Source: an uncultured Candidatus Saccharimonas sp. (GTDB taxonomy: Bacteria; Patescibacteriota; Saccharimonadia; Saccharimonadales; OMJO01). From it: a DNA stretch of 64,000 bases. Of the stretch, positions 28,468 through 37,353 are shown one piece after another; the stretch's first letter is position 1; every line of letters starts with the position of its first letter. The stretch lies in NCBI GenBank assembly GCA_943353165.1, contig CALRAM010000001.1, positions 45,483 through 109,482 of the forward strand, read 5' to 3'. Under the pieces are notes generated by a model, which made no database searches, was not told the DNA's origin, and saw nothing but the letters and a program-made list of their open reading frames with translations. Made by a program: the position numbers and the translations under genes.

Positions 28468-28650
28468 GCCCAGAACCTTCACCCTAAAAAGGCGTGAAGG
28501 GGAGAGCCGCCTGTGGCGGGTTGCAAGGCAACTTTACAGATTTCAAACTTGTTTGAAGTATGTAAATTGAGGGGTCGTGGAACGTGACCGAGCCCCCTGT
28601 CTTTCTGACAAGAAGGCCAGGCAGGACGGACAGGTTTCATTCACACCAAC
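28468..28650 (+). repeat. structured repeat, copy 4 (degenerate 3' end with extra insertion)
   Basis: GCCCAGAACC...AGGCGTGAAGG-GGAGAGCCGCCTGTGGCGGGTTGCAAGG; hairpin 2; GGTCGTG-GAA-CGTGACC; a diverged tRNA-like tail GGTTTCATTCACACCAA. Confidence 0.55.
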
Positions 28651-28750
28651 CATATATTGTATGAACTGACACAAAATAACACCTATAGAGGAACGTCCTC
28701 TTTCTCTTGTTTCTGTTCTACACCCAATAGACTTGTAATTGATTTTTTAC

Positions 28751-29329
28751 TCATACAAATTTGTCCGCTAGTTCTTTTGTCTGATAATTCTTAAAATAAT
28801 TTAAGATATCATTCAAATCACTGCCAATAAACACAAAATCACTAAAAGGCACTTTTGAGAAATCTTTCTGTTGCATTTCATCTAGGAATTTTATGAGCGT
28901 ATCGTAAAAACCATCATAGTTAAAAATAGCAATCGGTTTGTCGTATAGTTTATTTACTTTACCACCAACAATTTCTCCAATTTCTTCAAATGTTCCGTAG
29001 CCGCCGGGCAAAATAATAAATGCGTCTGATTCAAAAACTATACGATGTTTGCGGTCGTCCATAGTTTCTTCTAAGTATGTTTTATCAAGTCCATCAAATG
29101 CTACATAGCCTTTGGTAACTGCCATCAAATCTTTTGCCATCACGCCAGTCAAATCATTGCCGCCAGCGTCTTTATAGGCTTTAGCAAGTTCAGACATCAT
29201 CCCATAGTCTGTTCCACCATAAACAATACCCATTTTTTCATTAGCAAGTCGTTCGGCAACTTCTATAGTCAAATCAATATATTCCTGCCCAACTGACAAA
29301 GAAGATGTAAGAGTTATACCCACTTTCAT
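28751..29329 (-). CDS. LOG-family protein (TIGR00730, cytokinin riboside 5'-monophosphate phosphoribohydrolase-like)
   Basis: PGGYGTFEE signature, GxGxxG-like MGIVYGGTDYGMM, Rossmann-like fold pattern. Start trimmed to MKVGIT. Confidence 0.8.
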   Translation of the reverse strand: MKVGITLTSSLSVGQEYIDLTIEVAERLANEKMGIVYGGTDYGMMSELAKAYKDAGGNDLTGVMAKDLMAVTKGYVAFDGLDKTYLEETMDDRKHRIVFESDAFIILPGGYGTFEEIGEIVGGKVNKLYDKPIAIFNYDGFYDTLIKFLDEMQQKDFSKVPFSDFVFIGSDLNDILNYFKNYQTKELADKFV

Positions 29330-29406
29330 AAATCTAATTATACAACAATTACCCAAAAATCTTTTCAGCCAAAAACTAAAAACCCTACAGAGCAGTTCAG
29401 CGAGTC

Positions 29407-29532
29407 GCCCAGAACCCTAAGGCGTGAAGGGGGGACCCGCCTGTGGCGGGCCGGACGTAAACAAACTCTTGAAAACTGGTTTTCAAAGATGTTTTTCTGG
29501 GTGAGATGAGAAGGGGGCTCATTGTATAGGGA
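29407..29532 (+). repeat. structured repeat, copy 5 (in the divergent LOG/hisS intergenic region)
   Basis: GCCCAGAACCCTAAGGCGTGAAGG-GGGGACCCGCCTGTGGCGGG plus hairpin 2 of the copy-2 subtype (AAACTCTTGAAAAC-TGG-TTTTCAAAGATGTTT). Confidence 0.55.
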
Positions 29533-29602
29533 CACAGACAAGATTATTCTACATCATCGATTACTAAAACCTATTTATGATGTATTATAAATAGGAATAA
29601 CT

Positions 29603-30910
29603 ATGGCACTATCTACACAACCATACAAAGGATCTAGGGATTTTTACCCAGAAGACAAGCGTCTCCAAAAACATATATTTGGAGTCATGCGTTCTATCTC
29701 TGAAAAATACGGCTACCAGGAATATGATTCGCCTATTTTAGAACCTACAGAAATATATTCAAACAAAACAAACGAAGAGATTGTAAACGAACAAACATAC
29801 ACATTCGAGGATCGGGGTAATAGAAAAGTTACTATTCGCCCAGAAATGACTCCATCAGTCAGTCGAATGGTTGCAGCCAAAAGGCAAGAGCTTCCATATC
29901 CGTTGCGTTGGTACTCGTTGCCCGTCAACTGGCGATATGAACGCCCTCAACGTGGCAGACTACGTGAATTTTGGCAACTAAACGTTGATTTGTTTGGTAT
30001 CGCAGGCTTAGAGGCAGAAGCAGAAGTCATCCAAGTCGCAGACGATATCATGAAGGCTTTTGGCGCTAAACCAAACATGTACAAAATAAAGATTAACAGC
30101 CGCAATTTGATGGATTACTTTATCAGCGATAGTTTGGGCATGGATAGCGTACAGTCGTCTGTACTAGTTCCGTTAATTGACCGGATGCATAAAATGGATT
30201 TTGCAGAATTTTCTGGGCAAGTAGAAGCGATATTTACACCTTCACAACGCGAAAATTCCGGACCTGATCAGTTATTTGAATTTTTAAAGATAACTAGTAT
30301 CGACGACCTACCCATTTCAATAAAAAACCATCCCTCTGTGATTACGCTAGTCAATTTGATAAAAAGGCTGACAAACGCGGGAATTACAAATGCTGTGTTC
30401 GAACCAACACTAATGCGAGGTTTTAACTACTACACAGATGTAGTATTCGAGGTTTTTGATACCCATCCAGACAATAATCGTTCTATGTTTGGTGGAGGGC
30501 GCTACGATGGCTTGGTAGGCGCCTACGGAGTAGAATCAGTCCCGACAGTCGGATTTGGCATGGGAGATGTGACAATATACAATTTTTTGGAATCACACGG
30601 CCTTACACCAACAGTCAAAACAGAAACGGATGTATGCGCGATTATTATAGGCGATACGCTAGAGCCCGCCCTAAAAATTATTTCTGAGCTAAGAGAAATG
30701 GGACTAAATGTTGCAGTGGCCAGTACCGAACAAAAGATAGACAAACAGATCAAAATAGCTGTCAAAAACGGCATAAAATTTGCAGTATTTTTAGGAGAAA
30801 AAGAGATAAAAAATCAACAAGTACTACTCAAAAATTTAGAAAATAGTACAGAAGAAATCGTCAGTTCACAGAGAGCAGTCAGCATCATCAAAGACTTTCG
30901 TATAAAATGA
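29603..30910 (+). CDS. hisS: histidyl-tRNA synthetase
   Basis: Class II aaRS motifs: RPEMTPSVSRMV, WRYERPQRGRLREFWQ (motif 2), GGGRYDGL (motif 3), and an anticodon-binding C-terminus. Confidence 0.9.
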   Translation: MALSTQPYKGSRDFYPEDKRLQKHIFGVMRSISEKYGYQEYDSPILEPTEIYSNKTNEEIVNEQTYTFEDRGNRKVTIRPEMTPSVSRMVAAKRQELPYPLRWYSLPVNWRYERPQRGRLREFWQLNVDLFGIAGLEAEAEVIQVADDIMKAFGAKPNMYKIKINSRNLMDYFISDSLGMDSVQSSVLVPLIDRMHKMDFAEFSGQVEAIFTPSQRENSGPDQLFEFLKITSIDDLPISIKNHPSVITLVNLIKRLTNAGITNAVFEPTLMRGFNYYTDVVFEVFDTHPDNNRSMFGGGRYDGLVGAYGVESVPTVGFGMGDVTIYNFLESHGLTPTVKTETDVCAIIIGDTLEPALKIISELREMGLNVAVASTEQKIDKQIKIAVKNGIKFAVFLGEKEIKNQQVLLKNLENSTEEIVSSQRAVSIIKDFRIK

Positions 30911-31356
30911 CGGCTAGTAATCATGTCGTAACTGGAGCATTGATTGGAGCTATAGTTCCCGTTCCTGTTGTTGCTATCCCTCTTGCGCTTGCCTCCCATC
31001 TGGTTCTGGACGCATCTCCGCATTTTGGCTCAAAAAATATGACCTTAACTGATACGAAGTTCATGGCCATCTTGGGGACTGATATATTTGTTTCACTTAT
31101 GATTTTATCGGCAGTGTATATAGCTAGACCGACAAATTGGATATTGATGCTAGTGTGTGCGGTGGTATCTGCCAGCCCAGATTTGGTGTGGCTACCTTAT
31201 TGGATAAAAGAACTAAGAGGAAAAAATTTCAAACGCAGTCGTCTAGCGCATTTTCTGGGGTGGATACAATGGGGCGAGAGACCATGGGGCTGGCTAGTAG
31301 AGATAGGCTATTTTGTAGCCATTATATATTTTCTCAGATCTTATCTGATGGTTTAG
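30907..31356 (+). CDS. hypothetical polytopic membrane protein (translationally coupled to hisS, ATGA overlap)
   Basis: 149 aa with four hydrophobic helices and an HLVLDASPHF motif; possibly a membrane-bound metal-dependent hydrolase-like protein. Confidence 0.45.
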   Translation: MTASNHVVTGALIGAIVPVPVVAIPLALASHLVLDASPHFGSKNMTLTDTKFMAILGTDIFVSLMILSAVYIARPTNWILMLVCAVVSASPDLVWLPYWIKELRGKNFKRSRLAHFLGWIQWGERPWGWLVEIGYFVAIIYFLRSYLMV

Positions 31357-31394
31357 CTAGCTAATTACTGATTTATTTGATAGAATTCAAAACT

Positions 31395-32675
31395 ATGCAA
31401 GTTTCTAAAAAGTCATTAAATTCAAATCAGGTAATTATCTCCATAGCCGCAGACGAATCAGAACTGTCTAAAATAAAAGGCAAGGTCCTGACTAATTTGT
31501 CCAAAAGTATCAAGATTCCTGGTTTCAGAAGCGGTAAAGCTCCATCAAAATTAGTAGAAAAGACGGTAAATCCCGCAACGCTACAGTCAGAATTTTTAGA
31601 CGATGCTATAAATAGTTTGCTCCGGCAGGCTATATCAAAAGAAACTTATAAGGTTATTGGTGACCCAGAAATTTCATTAAAAAAGTTTGTTCCCTTCACC
31701 ACATTAGAATTTGAAGCAATTTTTCCCATTATTGGAGAGATTATTTTACCCAATTATAAATCAATGAAATTTAGCAAGAAAAAGGTAGCTGTTACAGAAA
31801 CAGAAGTCACCGGCGTAATAGACATGCTTCGCAAACGTTTGGCTGAAAAATCAGATGTAACCAGAATAGCCAAAAAAGATGATGAAGTTACTATTGATTT
31901 TAAAGGGACTGACGACAAGGGTAAACTAGTAGCAGGAGCTGAGGCTAAAAACTATCCTCTTATACTAGGTTCAAATGCATTTATTCCAGGCTTTGAAGAT
32001 AATATCTTGGGCATGAAAACTGGAGACGAAAAAAACTTTGATATCAAATTTCCAAAAGATTACAATGTAGCGGCTTTGGCATCAAAATCAGTAAATTTCC
32101 ACATAAAAGTAAATAATGTACAGGAATTATCTTTGCCAATTATAAACGATGATTTTGCTGCAAAAGCTGGCCCATTCAAAACTTTAACCGCGTTAAAAGC
32201 AGACATATTATCTCAATTACAAAACGAAAGGTCGCAGGAAGTTGAACGTAATTATGAATCAGAAATAATACAAACTATTACAAAAAAAGCTAAACTTTCA
32301 GTTCCAGTGTTACTTACAAATAGTACTGTCGAACAGATGATACGAGAACAAAAACAAAATCTAACGTATAAAGGTCAAACTTATAAAGAATTTTTGGAAC
32401 TAGAAGGTATTACAGATGAACAAAACAAAGCTCAGATGATACCAGATGCCGAAATGCGCGTAAAAGCCAGTTTGGTCCTAGCAGAAATTGCAGATATAGA
32501 AGGTATAAAAATCACAGAAAAAGAACTTAACCAACGAATTGATTTGCTAAAAAATCAATACAAAGATGAGTCCATGCAGTCCGAGCTAGACAAGCCAGAA
32601 AGTCGTAGTAACATTGCTAGCCGGATATTGACCGAAAAAACAATCGATTTTATAAAGGAGACTGTGTCGAAATGA
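31395..32675 (+). CDS. tig: trigger factor
   Basis: N-terminal ribosome-binding motif IKIPGFRSGKAPSKLVEK (GFRxGxxP), an FKBP-like middle and a C-terminal arm. Start trimmed to MQVSKK. Confidence 0.85.
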   Translation: MQVSKKSLNSNQVIISIAADESELSKIKGKVLTNLSKSIKIPGFRSGKAPSKLVEKTVNPATLQSEFLDDAINSLLRQAISKETYKVIGDPEISLKKFVPFTTLEFEAIFPIIGEIILPNYKSMKFSKKKVAVTETEVTGVIDMLRKRLAEKSDVTRIAKKDDEVTIDFKGTDDKGKLVAGAEAKNYPLILGSNAFIPGFEDNILGMKTGDEKNFDIKFPKDYNVAALASKSVNFHIKVNNVQELSLPIINDDFAAKAGPFKTLTALKADILSQLQNERSQEVERNYESEIIQTITKKAKLSVPVLLTNSTVEQMIREQKQNLTYKGQTYKEFLELEGITDEQNKAQMIPDAEMRVKASLVLAEIADIEGIKITEKELNQRIDLLKNQYKDESMQSELDKPESRSNIASRILTEKTIDFIKETVSK

Positions 32676-32893
32676 CAGAAAAAGAGGCAATAGCAGAAAA
32701 AGCTAAGGAACAAGGCAGGTTGATGTTGGGTGGCATAGCATTGGCAGGCACAGTCATGATAGGCTTTGGAGTAGCAGAGCTAGCATTGAACGGCATAGCT
32801 GCAGCCGAGACGGTGTTAGGTTTTAGCTTTGTTCTTCTAGGGTCTACTGCCTTAGCAGCAAATAAGATAAATAGTCGTTCCCTAGAAAAATAA
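32672..32893 (+). CDS. small hypothetical membrane protein (73 aa) between tig and clpP
   Basis: Two Gly/Ala-rich hydrophobic helices; ATGA overlap with the tig stop. Confidence 0.35.
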   Translation: MTEKEAIAEKAKEQGRLMLGGIALAGTVMIGFGVAELALNGIAAAETVLGFSFVLLGSTALAANKINSRSLEK

Positions 32894-32963
32894 CTGAAAA
32901 TAATTAGCACTCTTGACTAGAGAGCGCCAGATTATGTATCATGTAGGTTCAAAGGATATAAAT

Positions 32964-33566
32964 ATGCCAAACAGCTCGATGTTGATACCAACAGTCATAG
33001 AAAACGAAGGCCGAAGCGAAAGAGCCTATGATATTTATTCTAGACTTTTAAAAGATCGAATTATTTTTTTGGGAACAGAAGTAAACGAGCACACAGCAAA
33101 TCTAGTTGTGGCTCAACTACTGTTTTTGGATAACCAGAATTCTACAAAAGATATATATTTGTACATAAATAGTCCCGGCGGAAGTGTTTACGATGGTATG
33201 GCTATTTATGACACTATGAATTTCGTTAAATCAGATGTGCAAACGGTTGGCATCGGGCTGCAAGCCAGCATGGGAGCTTTTTTGTTAAGCTCTGGCGCCA
33301 AAGGAAAACGGTCTTTGTTGCCACATAGCAAGGTAATGATTCACCAGCCTTCTAGTGGAACGAGAGGCAAAGTTACTGATATGGAGATAGATCTAAAAGA
33401 ATCTCTAAATGTAAAAAAACTACTAAACGACATTTTAGCAAAAAACACTGGACAAAAATTATCCAAAATAGAGGTAGATGTAGACCGCGATTATTGGATG
33501 ACAGCCCAAGAAGCCAAAAACTACGGTTTGGTTGACACGGTTATATCCAAAGTACCTAAATCATAA
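32964..33566 (+). CDS. clpP: ATP-dependent Clp protease proteolytic subunit
   Basis: YINSPGGSV (Ser nucleophile region), MIHQPS (His), catalytic triad context. Start trimmed to MPNSSM. Confidence 0.9.
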   Translation: MPNSSMLIPTVIENEGRSERAYDIYSRLLKDRIIFLGTEVNEHTANLVVAQLLFLDNQNSTKDIYLYINSPGGSVYDGMAIYDTMNFVKSDVQTVGIGLQASMGAFLLSSGAKGKRSLLPHSKVMIHQPSSGTRGKVTDMEIDLKESLNVKKLLNDILAKNTGQKLSKIEVDVDRDYWMTAQEAKNYGLVDTVISKVPKS

Positions 33567-33794
33567 AATGCTTGACATTATACGGTTTTTCTATCAGACT
33601 GGTGTATAAGAAGTAGTTTACAAAGGGCAGTGCTTTTATTTGTCAGCAAATAGCACCAAAATCACCTCTAGTAGTAACCTTCGCGCGCAAAATTACAACA
33701 ACTACAAAATCATTTTATAAAATTTAGTTTGGGCACTATGTGAAGTGTTTATGTATGAACATTCACTAACTAACAAACAGATAAGGGGATCCCG

Positions 33795-36700
33795 TTGCTT
33801 ATGGCGAAGACCGCTAAAACTTCAACACCCGTGCAATCAAAACGCACGTATTTTACTGACAATGATGAAATTTTGGATTTACCAGATTTGGTGGATCATC
33901 AGAATCGTTCATTTAAATGGTTCGTAGAAGAAGGCCTAGGAGAACTGCTAGCAGAGATTAGCCCCATAGAAGATTATACGGGCACTAAATTATCACTAAG
34001 TTTTAAAGATTATCATTTCGAACTACCTAAAATATCAGAAACAAAAGCCAGAGATGACAACATCTCCTACGATGCTCCACTAAAAGCTGTAGTTGAACTA
34101 ACAAACAAAGTTACCGGCGAAGTTAAAGAGCAAGAAATTTATTTAGGTGATTATCCTTGGATGACAGACGAAAAGGGTACATTTATCATAAACGGGGCTG
34201 AACGAGTAGTTGTATCGCAACTAATACGTTCTGCAGGAGTCTTTTTTACTGCCGATAGTCACGGTACAAAAAATTTATATGGCGCCAAAGTTATACCCGG
34301 ACGTGGGGCTTGGCTAGAGTTTGAAACTTCAGCTGCCGGTGCACTGTTCGTAAAGATAGACCGAAAAAGAAAACTTGCCGTAACTACATTGCTTCGTGCC
34401 CTGGGTGTTACCGATGCGCAAATGAAAGATGCTTTCAAGCATGTTGACTTGGGCAAGCTAAATTATATAGACGCAACACTTGGAAAAGATACATCTAGAG
34501 GTGTCAATGAATCCTTGATTGAAGTTTATCGACGCCTAAGGCCAGGTGACCAAGCTACCGTTGAAAACGCTCGTGAGTTACTAGTCAATATGTTTTATGA
34601 CTTTAAAAGGTTTGATTTTAGCCGAGTTGGTCGTTACAAAATAAACAAGAGACTAGATATGGACATACCAAACACTGTAGAAAACCGCATAATGCGACTG
34701 GAAGATCTAGTTGCCATAATCGCAGAAGTAATTCGATTAAATAATACTCAGGAACCAGCTGACGATATAGATAGCTTGGCAAACCGTAGAGTCAAATTGG
34801 TTGGAGAATTAATACAGCGACAATTTAGAATTGGTCTGTTGCGTATGGAAAGAAACACAAAAGACCGCATGAGTATGTGCGAAATAGAAACAGTTACTCC
34901 TGCACAATTAATAAATGCGCGACCTATCGTAGCTGCAGTCCGCGAGTTTTTTGCAAGCTCCCAGTTGTCTCAGTTCATGGACCAGATCAACCCACTCAGC
35001 GAGCTAGCTCACAAAAGACGATTAAGTTCTATGGGACCAGGCGGCTTGTCCAGAGAACGAGCAGGCTTTGAAGTGCGTGATGCTCATGCTACACACTACG
35101 GACGCATATGTGCTGTAGAAACCCCAGAAGGAGCAAACATTGGTTTGGTTCTAAACTTGGCTAGTTATGCCCGCATAAATGACTACGGCTTTATAGAAAC
35201 ACCTTACCGCAAAGTCATCAATGCTGTTACAGCCAAAAATAGCGTTGGCCACATAGCCAGTGTTAATCTTGAAAACGAAAAAGGCAAAACAATAGTAAAA
35301 GCAGGCCAAAAAATTACAGCCGACCAAGCTAAAAAATTAGCAGAAACAAAAACCAGAATAACCTGGCCCGTAAAAGCTGTAGTTACCAGAGATATAGTCT
35401 ATCTAAACGCAGCTGATGAGGTTTCTGCGATTATTGCAAATGCTAGCGAAGAATTTGACACTAACGGACACTTCATAAACCAGCGTATATCAGCCCGAAT
35501 AAACCTAAAGGCCGGAGAAGTCGACGCAAACGATATTACTCATATGGACTCCAGCAGAAAACAAATTATTGGCTCTAGTGCTGCACTTATTCCTTTTATT
35601 GAAAAGAATTATGTTTACCGTTCACTCATGGGTAGCAACCAGCAAAGACAGGCAGTGCCGTTGATACAGCCTAGCTCGCCAATTGTAGGTACTGGCATGG
35701 AAGCTAACGCTGCCAGAAACACAGGCCAGCTAATAGTCGCTGCTCAAAATGGCGAAGTCGTCAAAGCTTCTGCCGACGAAGTATCAGTAAAATACAAAGA
35801 CGGTATAGTCAAATATAGCCCATTGCACTACAAACGCAGCAACGAAGGAACCAGCATAAACCAAAAAGTTGTAGTCAGTAGCGGAGACATGGTTAAAGCA
35901 GGCGACTCTCTGATTGAGGGTATGTCAATATCTGACGGCGAATTAGCCCTAGGCAAAGACCTGACAGTCGCATTTATGCCTTGGAACGGATACAACTTTG
36001 AAGATGCCATAATCATATCTAGGAAACTTGTAGAAGATGACAGATTGACTAGCGTTCATATCGTAGATTTTATGGTAGAAGTTAGAGAGACAAAATTAGG
36101 ACCTGAAATCATCACACAGGATATACCAAATGTTTCAGAAGAAGCCCTTCGTCATCTTGACGAAAACGGTATCGTTCGAGTTGGAGCAGAAGTTCATCCA
36201 GGCGATATATTGGTAGGCAAAATTACACCAAAGGGAGAACAAGAACTAAGTTCAGAAGAACGACTGCTACGGGCAATATTTGGCGAAAAAGCCAAAGAAG
36301 TTCGTGATACTTCCCAGAGAATGAGTAACGGCAAGCACGGAAAAGTTGTAGGGGTGAAACTATTTACCAGAGCCAACGGAAACGAGTTAAAAGCCGGCGT
36401 ACTAATGCAAATTCAAGTTTTTGTAGCTCAAATGCGCAAAATTTCTGTTGGTGACAAACTGGGTGGTCGGCATGGCAACAAGGGTGTTATAGCTCGAGTT
36501 CTGCCAGTTGAAGACATGCCTTTTATGGCTGACGGAACACCGGTAGAAATTGTATTGAACCCACTTGGGGTTCCTAGCAGAATGAACATTGGACAATTAT
36601 TTGAAACTCACCTGGGTATGGCTGCCAAAGCCCTTGGCATAAAGGTTGCTAGCCCGGCATTCAACGGTGTAGGTATAGATAAAATTAAATCACTACTAAA

Positions 36701-37352
36701 AGAGGCTGGGCTACCAGAGGATGGTAAACAACAACTTTACGATGGACGAACTGGTGAAGCTTTTACAGAAAGAACAACTGTCGGCAGTATGTATATGATC
36801 AAGTTGAACCATATGATAGCGGACAAAATACACGCTCGTTCTACAGGTCCTTACACAATGGTTACACAACAACCTTTGGGTGGCAAGGCACACAATGGCG
36901 GTCAACGATTTGGAGAGATGGAAGTTTGGGCGCTAGAAGCTTACGGAGCCAGTAATACATTACAGGAAATGCTGACAATAAAATCAGATGATGTATATGG
37001 TCGTAGCAAAGCTTACGAATCTATCATAAAACAAACAGAAATTGTTGGTCCAAAAATACCTGAAAGCTTTAATGTTCTAGTAAAAGAATTGCAAGGATTA
37101 GGATTAAAAGTTGATCTGATAAAATCTGACTCTGTAATAGATGCAGAAGCAATTTTAGCCCAAAACATAAAGAACGAAGCAGCCGGCCAGTCAGAAATAG
37201 ATGTTCCTGCACCGTTAAGTTCAGATGTTGATGTAACGGAAGACGCCGTAGCAGATGAATTTGTAATATTAGGTTTAGACGATGATATAACTTCTAGCGC
37301 AGTTAAGGACGAAGTATTAACTGTCACAGAAACAGAAAGCAAGGAGATTTAA
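33795..37352 (+). CDS. rpoB: DNA-directed RNA polymerase subunit beta
   Basis: 1185 aa. Rif-region and catalytic motifs (GEMEVWALEAYGA; NMQRQAVPL-like SNQQRQAVPL). RBS AAGGGGA upstream; TTG/ATG start. Confidence 0.97.
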   Translation: MLMAKTAKTSTPVQSKRTYFTDNDEILDLPDLVDHQNRSFKWFVEEGLGELLAEISPIEDYTGTKLSLSFKDYHFELPKISETKARDDNISYDAPLKAVVELTNKVTGEVKEQEIYLGDYPWMTDEKGTFIINGAERVVVSQLIRSAGVFFTADSHGTKNLYGAKVIPGRGAWLEFETSAAGALFVKIDRKRKLAVTTLLRALGVTDAQMKDAFKHVDLGKLNYIDATLGKDTSRGVNESLIEVYRRLRPGDQATVENARELLVNMFYDFKRFDFSRVGRYKINKRLDMDIPNTVENRIMRLEDLVAIIAEVIRLNNTQEPADDIDSLANRRVKLVGELIQRQFRIGLLRMERNTKDRMSMCEIETVTPAQLINARPIVAAVREFFASSQLSQFMDQINPLSELAHKRRLSSMGPGGLSRERAGFEVRDAHATHYGRICAVETPEGANIGLVLNLASYARINDYGFIETPYRKVINAVTAKNSVGHIASVNLENEKGKTIVKAGQKITADQAKKLAETKTRITWPVKAVVTRDIVYLNAADEVSAIIANASEEFDTNGHFINQRISARINLKAGEVDANDITHMDSSRKQIIGSSAALIPFIEKNYVYRSLMGSNQQRQAVPLIQPSSPIVGTGMEANAARNTGQLIVAAQNGEVVKASADEVSVKYKDGIVKYSPLHYKRSNEGTSINQKVVVSSGDMVKAGDSLIEGMSISDGELALGKDLTVAFMPWNGYNFEDAIIISRKLVEDDRLTSVHIVDFMVEVRETKLGPEIITQDIPNVSEEALRHLDENGIVRVGAEVHPGDILVGKITPKGEQELSSEERLLRAIFGEKAKEVRDTSQRMSNGKHGKVVGVKLFTRANGNELKAGVLMQIQVFVAQMRKISVGDKLGGRHGNKGVIARVLPVEDMPFMADGTPVEIVLNPLGVPSRMNIGQLFETHLGMAAKALGIKVASPAFNGVGIDKIKSLLKEAGLPEDGKQQLYDGRTGEAFTERTTVGSMYMIKLNHMIADKIHARSTGPYTMVTQQPLGGKAHNGGQRFGEMEVWALEAYGASNTLQEMLTIKSDDVYGRSKAYESIIKQTEIVGPKIPESFNVLVKELQGLGLKVDLIKSDSVIDAEAILAQNIKNEAAGQSEIDVPAPLSSDVDVTEDAVADEFVILGLDDDITSSAVKDEVLTVTETESKEI

Positions 37353-37353
37353 T

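Noticed and set aside
27891-29532. CRISPR array hypothesis for the repeated CCGCCTGTGGCGGG-containing units
   Set aside because: Units are 100-180 nt with internal variable hairpins and are not short identical direct repeats separated by uniform unique spacers. Spacing is irregular, there is no leader/cas gene context, and one copy is 750 bp away across a gene.
28464-29532. Integron-like gene cassette (LOG gene with attC-like flanks)
   Set aside because: No intI integrase nearby. The repeats lack the R''/L''-L'/R' attC box organisation and the GTTRRRY core. Retained only as a cassette-like arrangement.
33567-33794. Possible tRNA or small RNA in the 228-bp clpP-rpoB spacer
   Set aside because: No cloverleaf could be folded. 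Only an imperfect hairpin (GTGCTTTTATTTG-TCAG-CAAATAGCAC) without a U-tract and a TTGACA hexamer without a properly spaced -10 are present. Not enough to call a feature.
33745-33927. 60-aa + strand ORF overlapping the rpoB start
   Set aside because: Out of frame with rpoB; Trp/Arg-rich low-complexity sequence. rpoB has an RBS and a conserved N-terminus.
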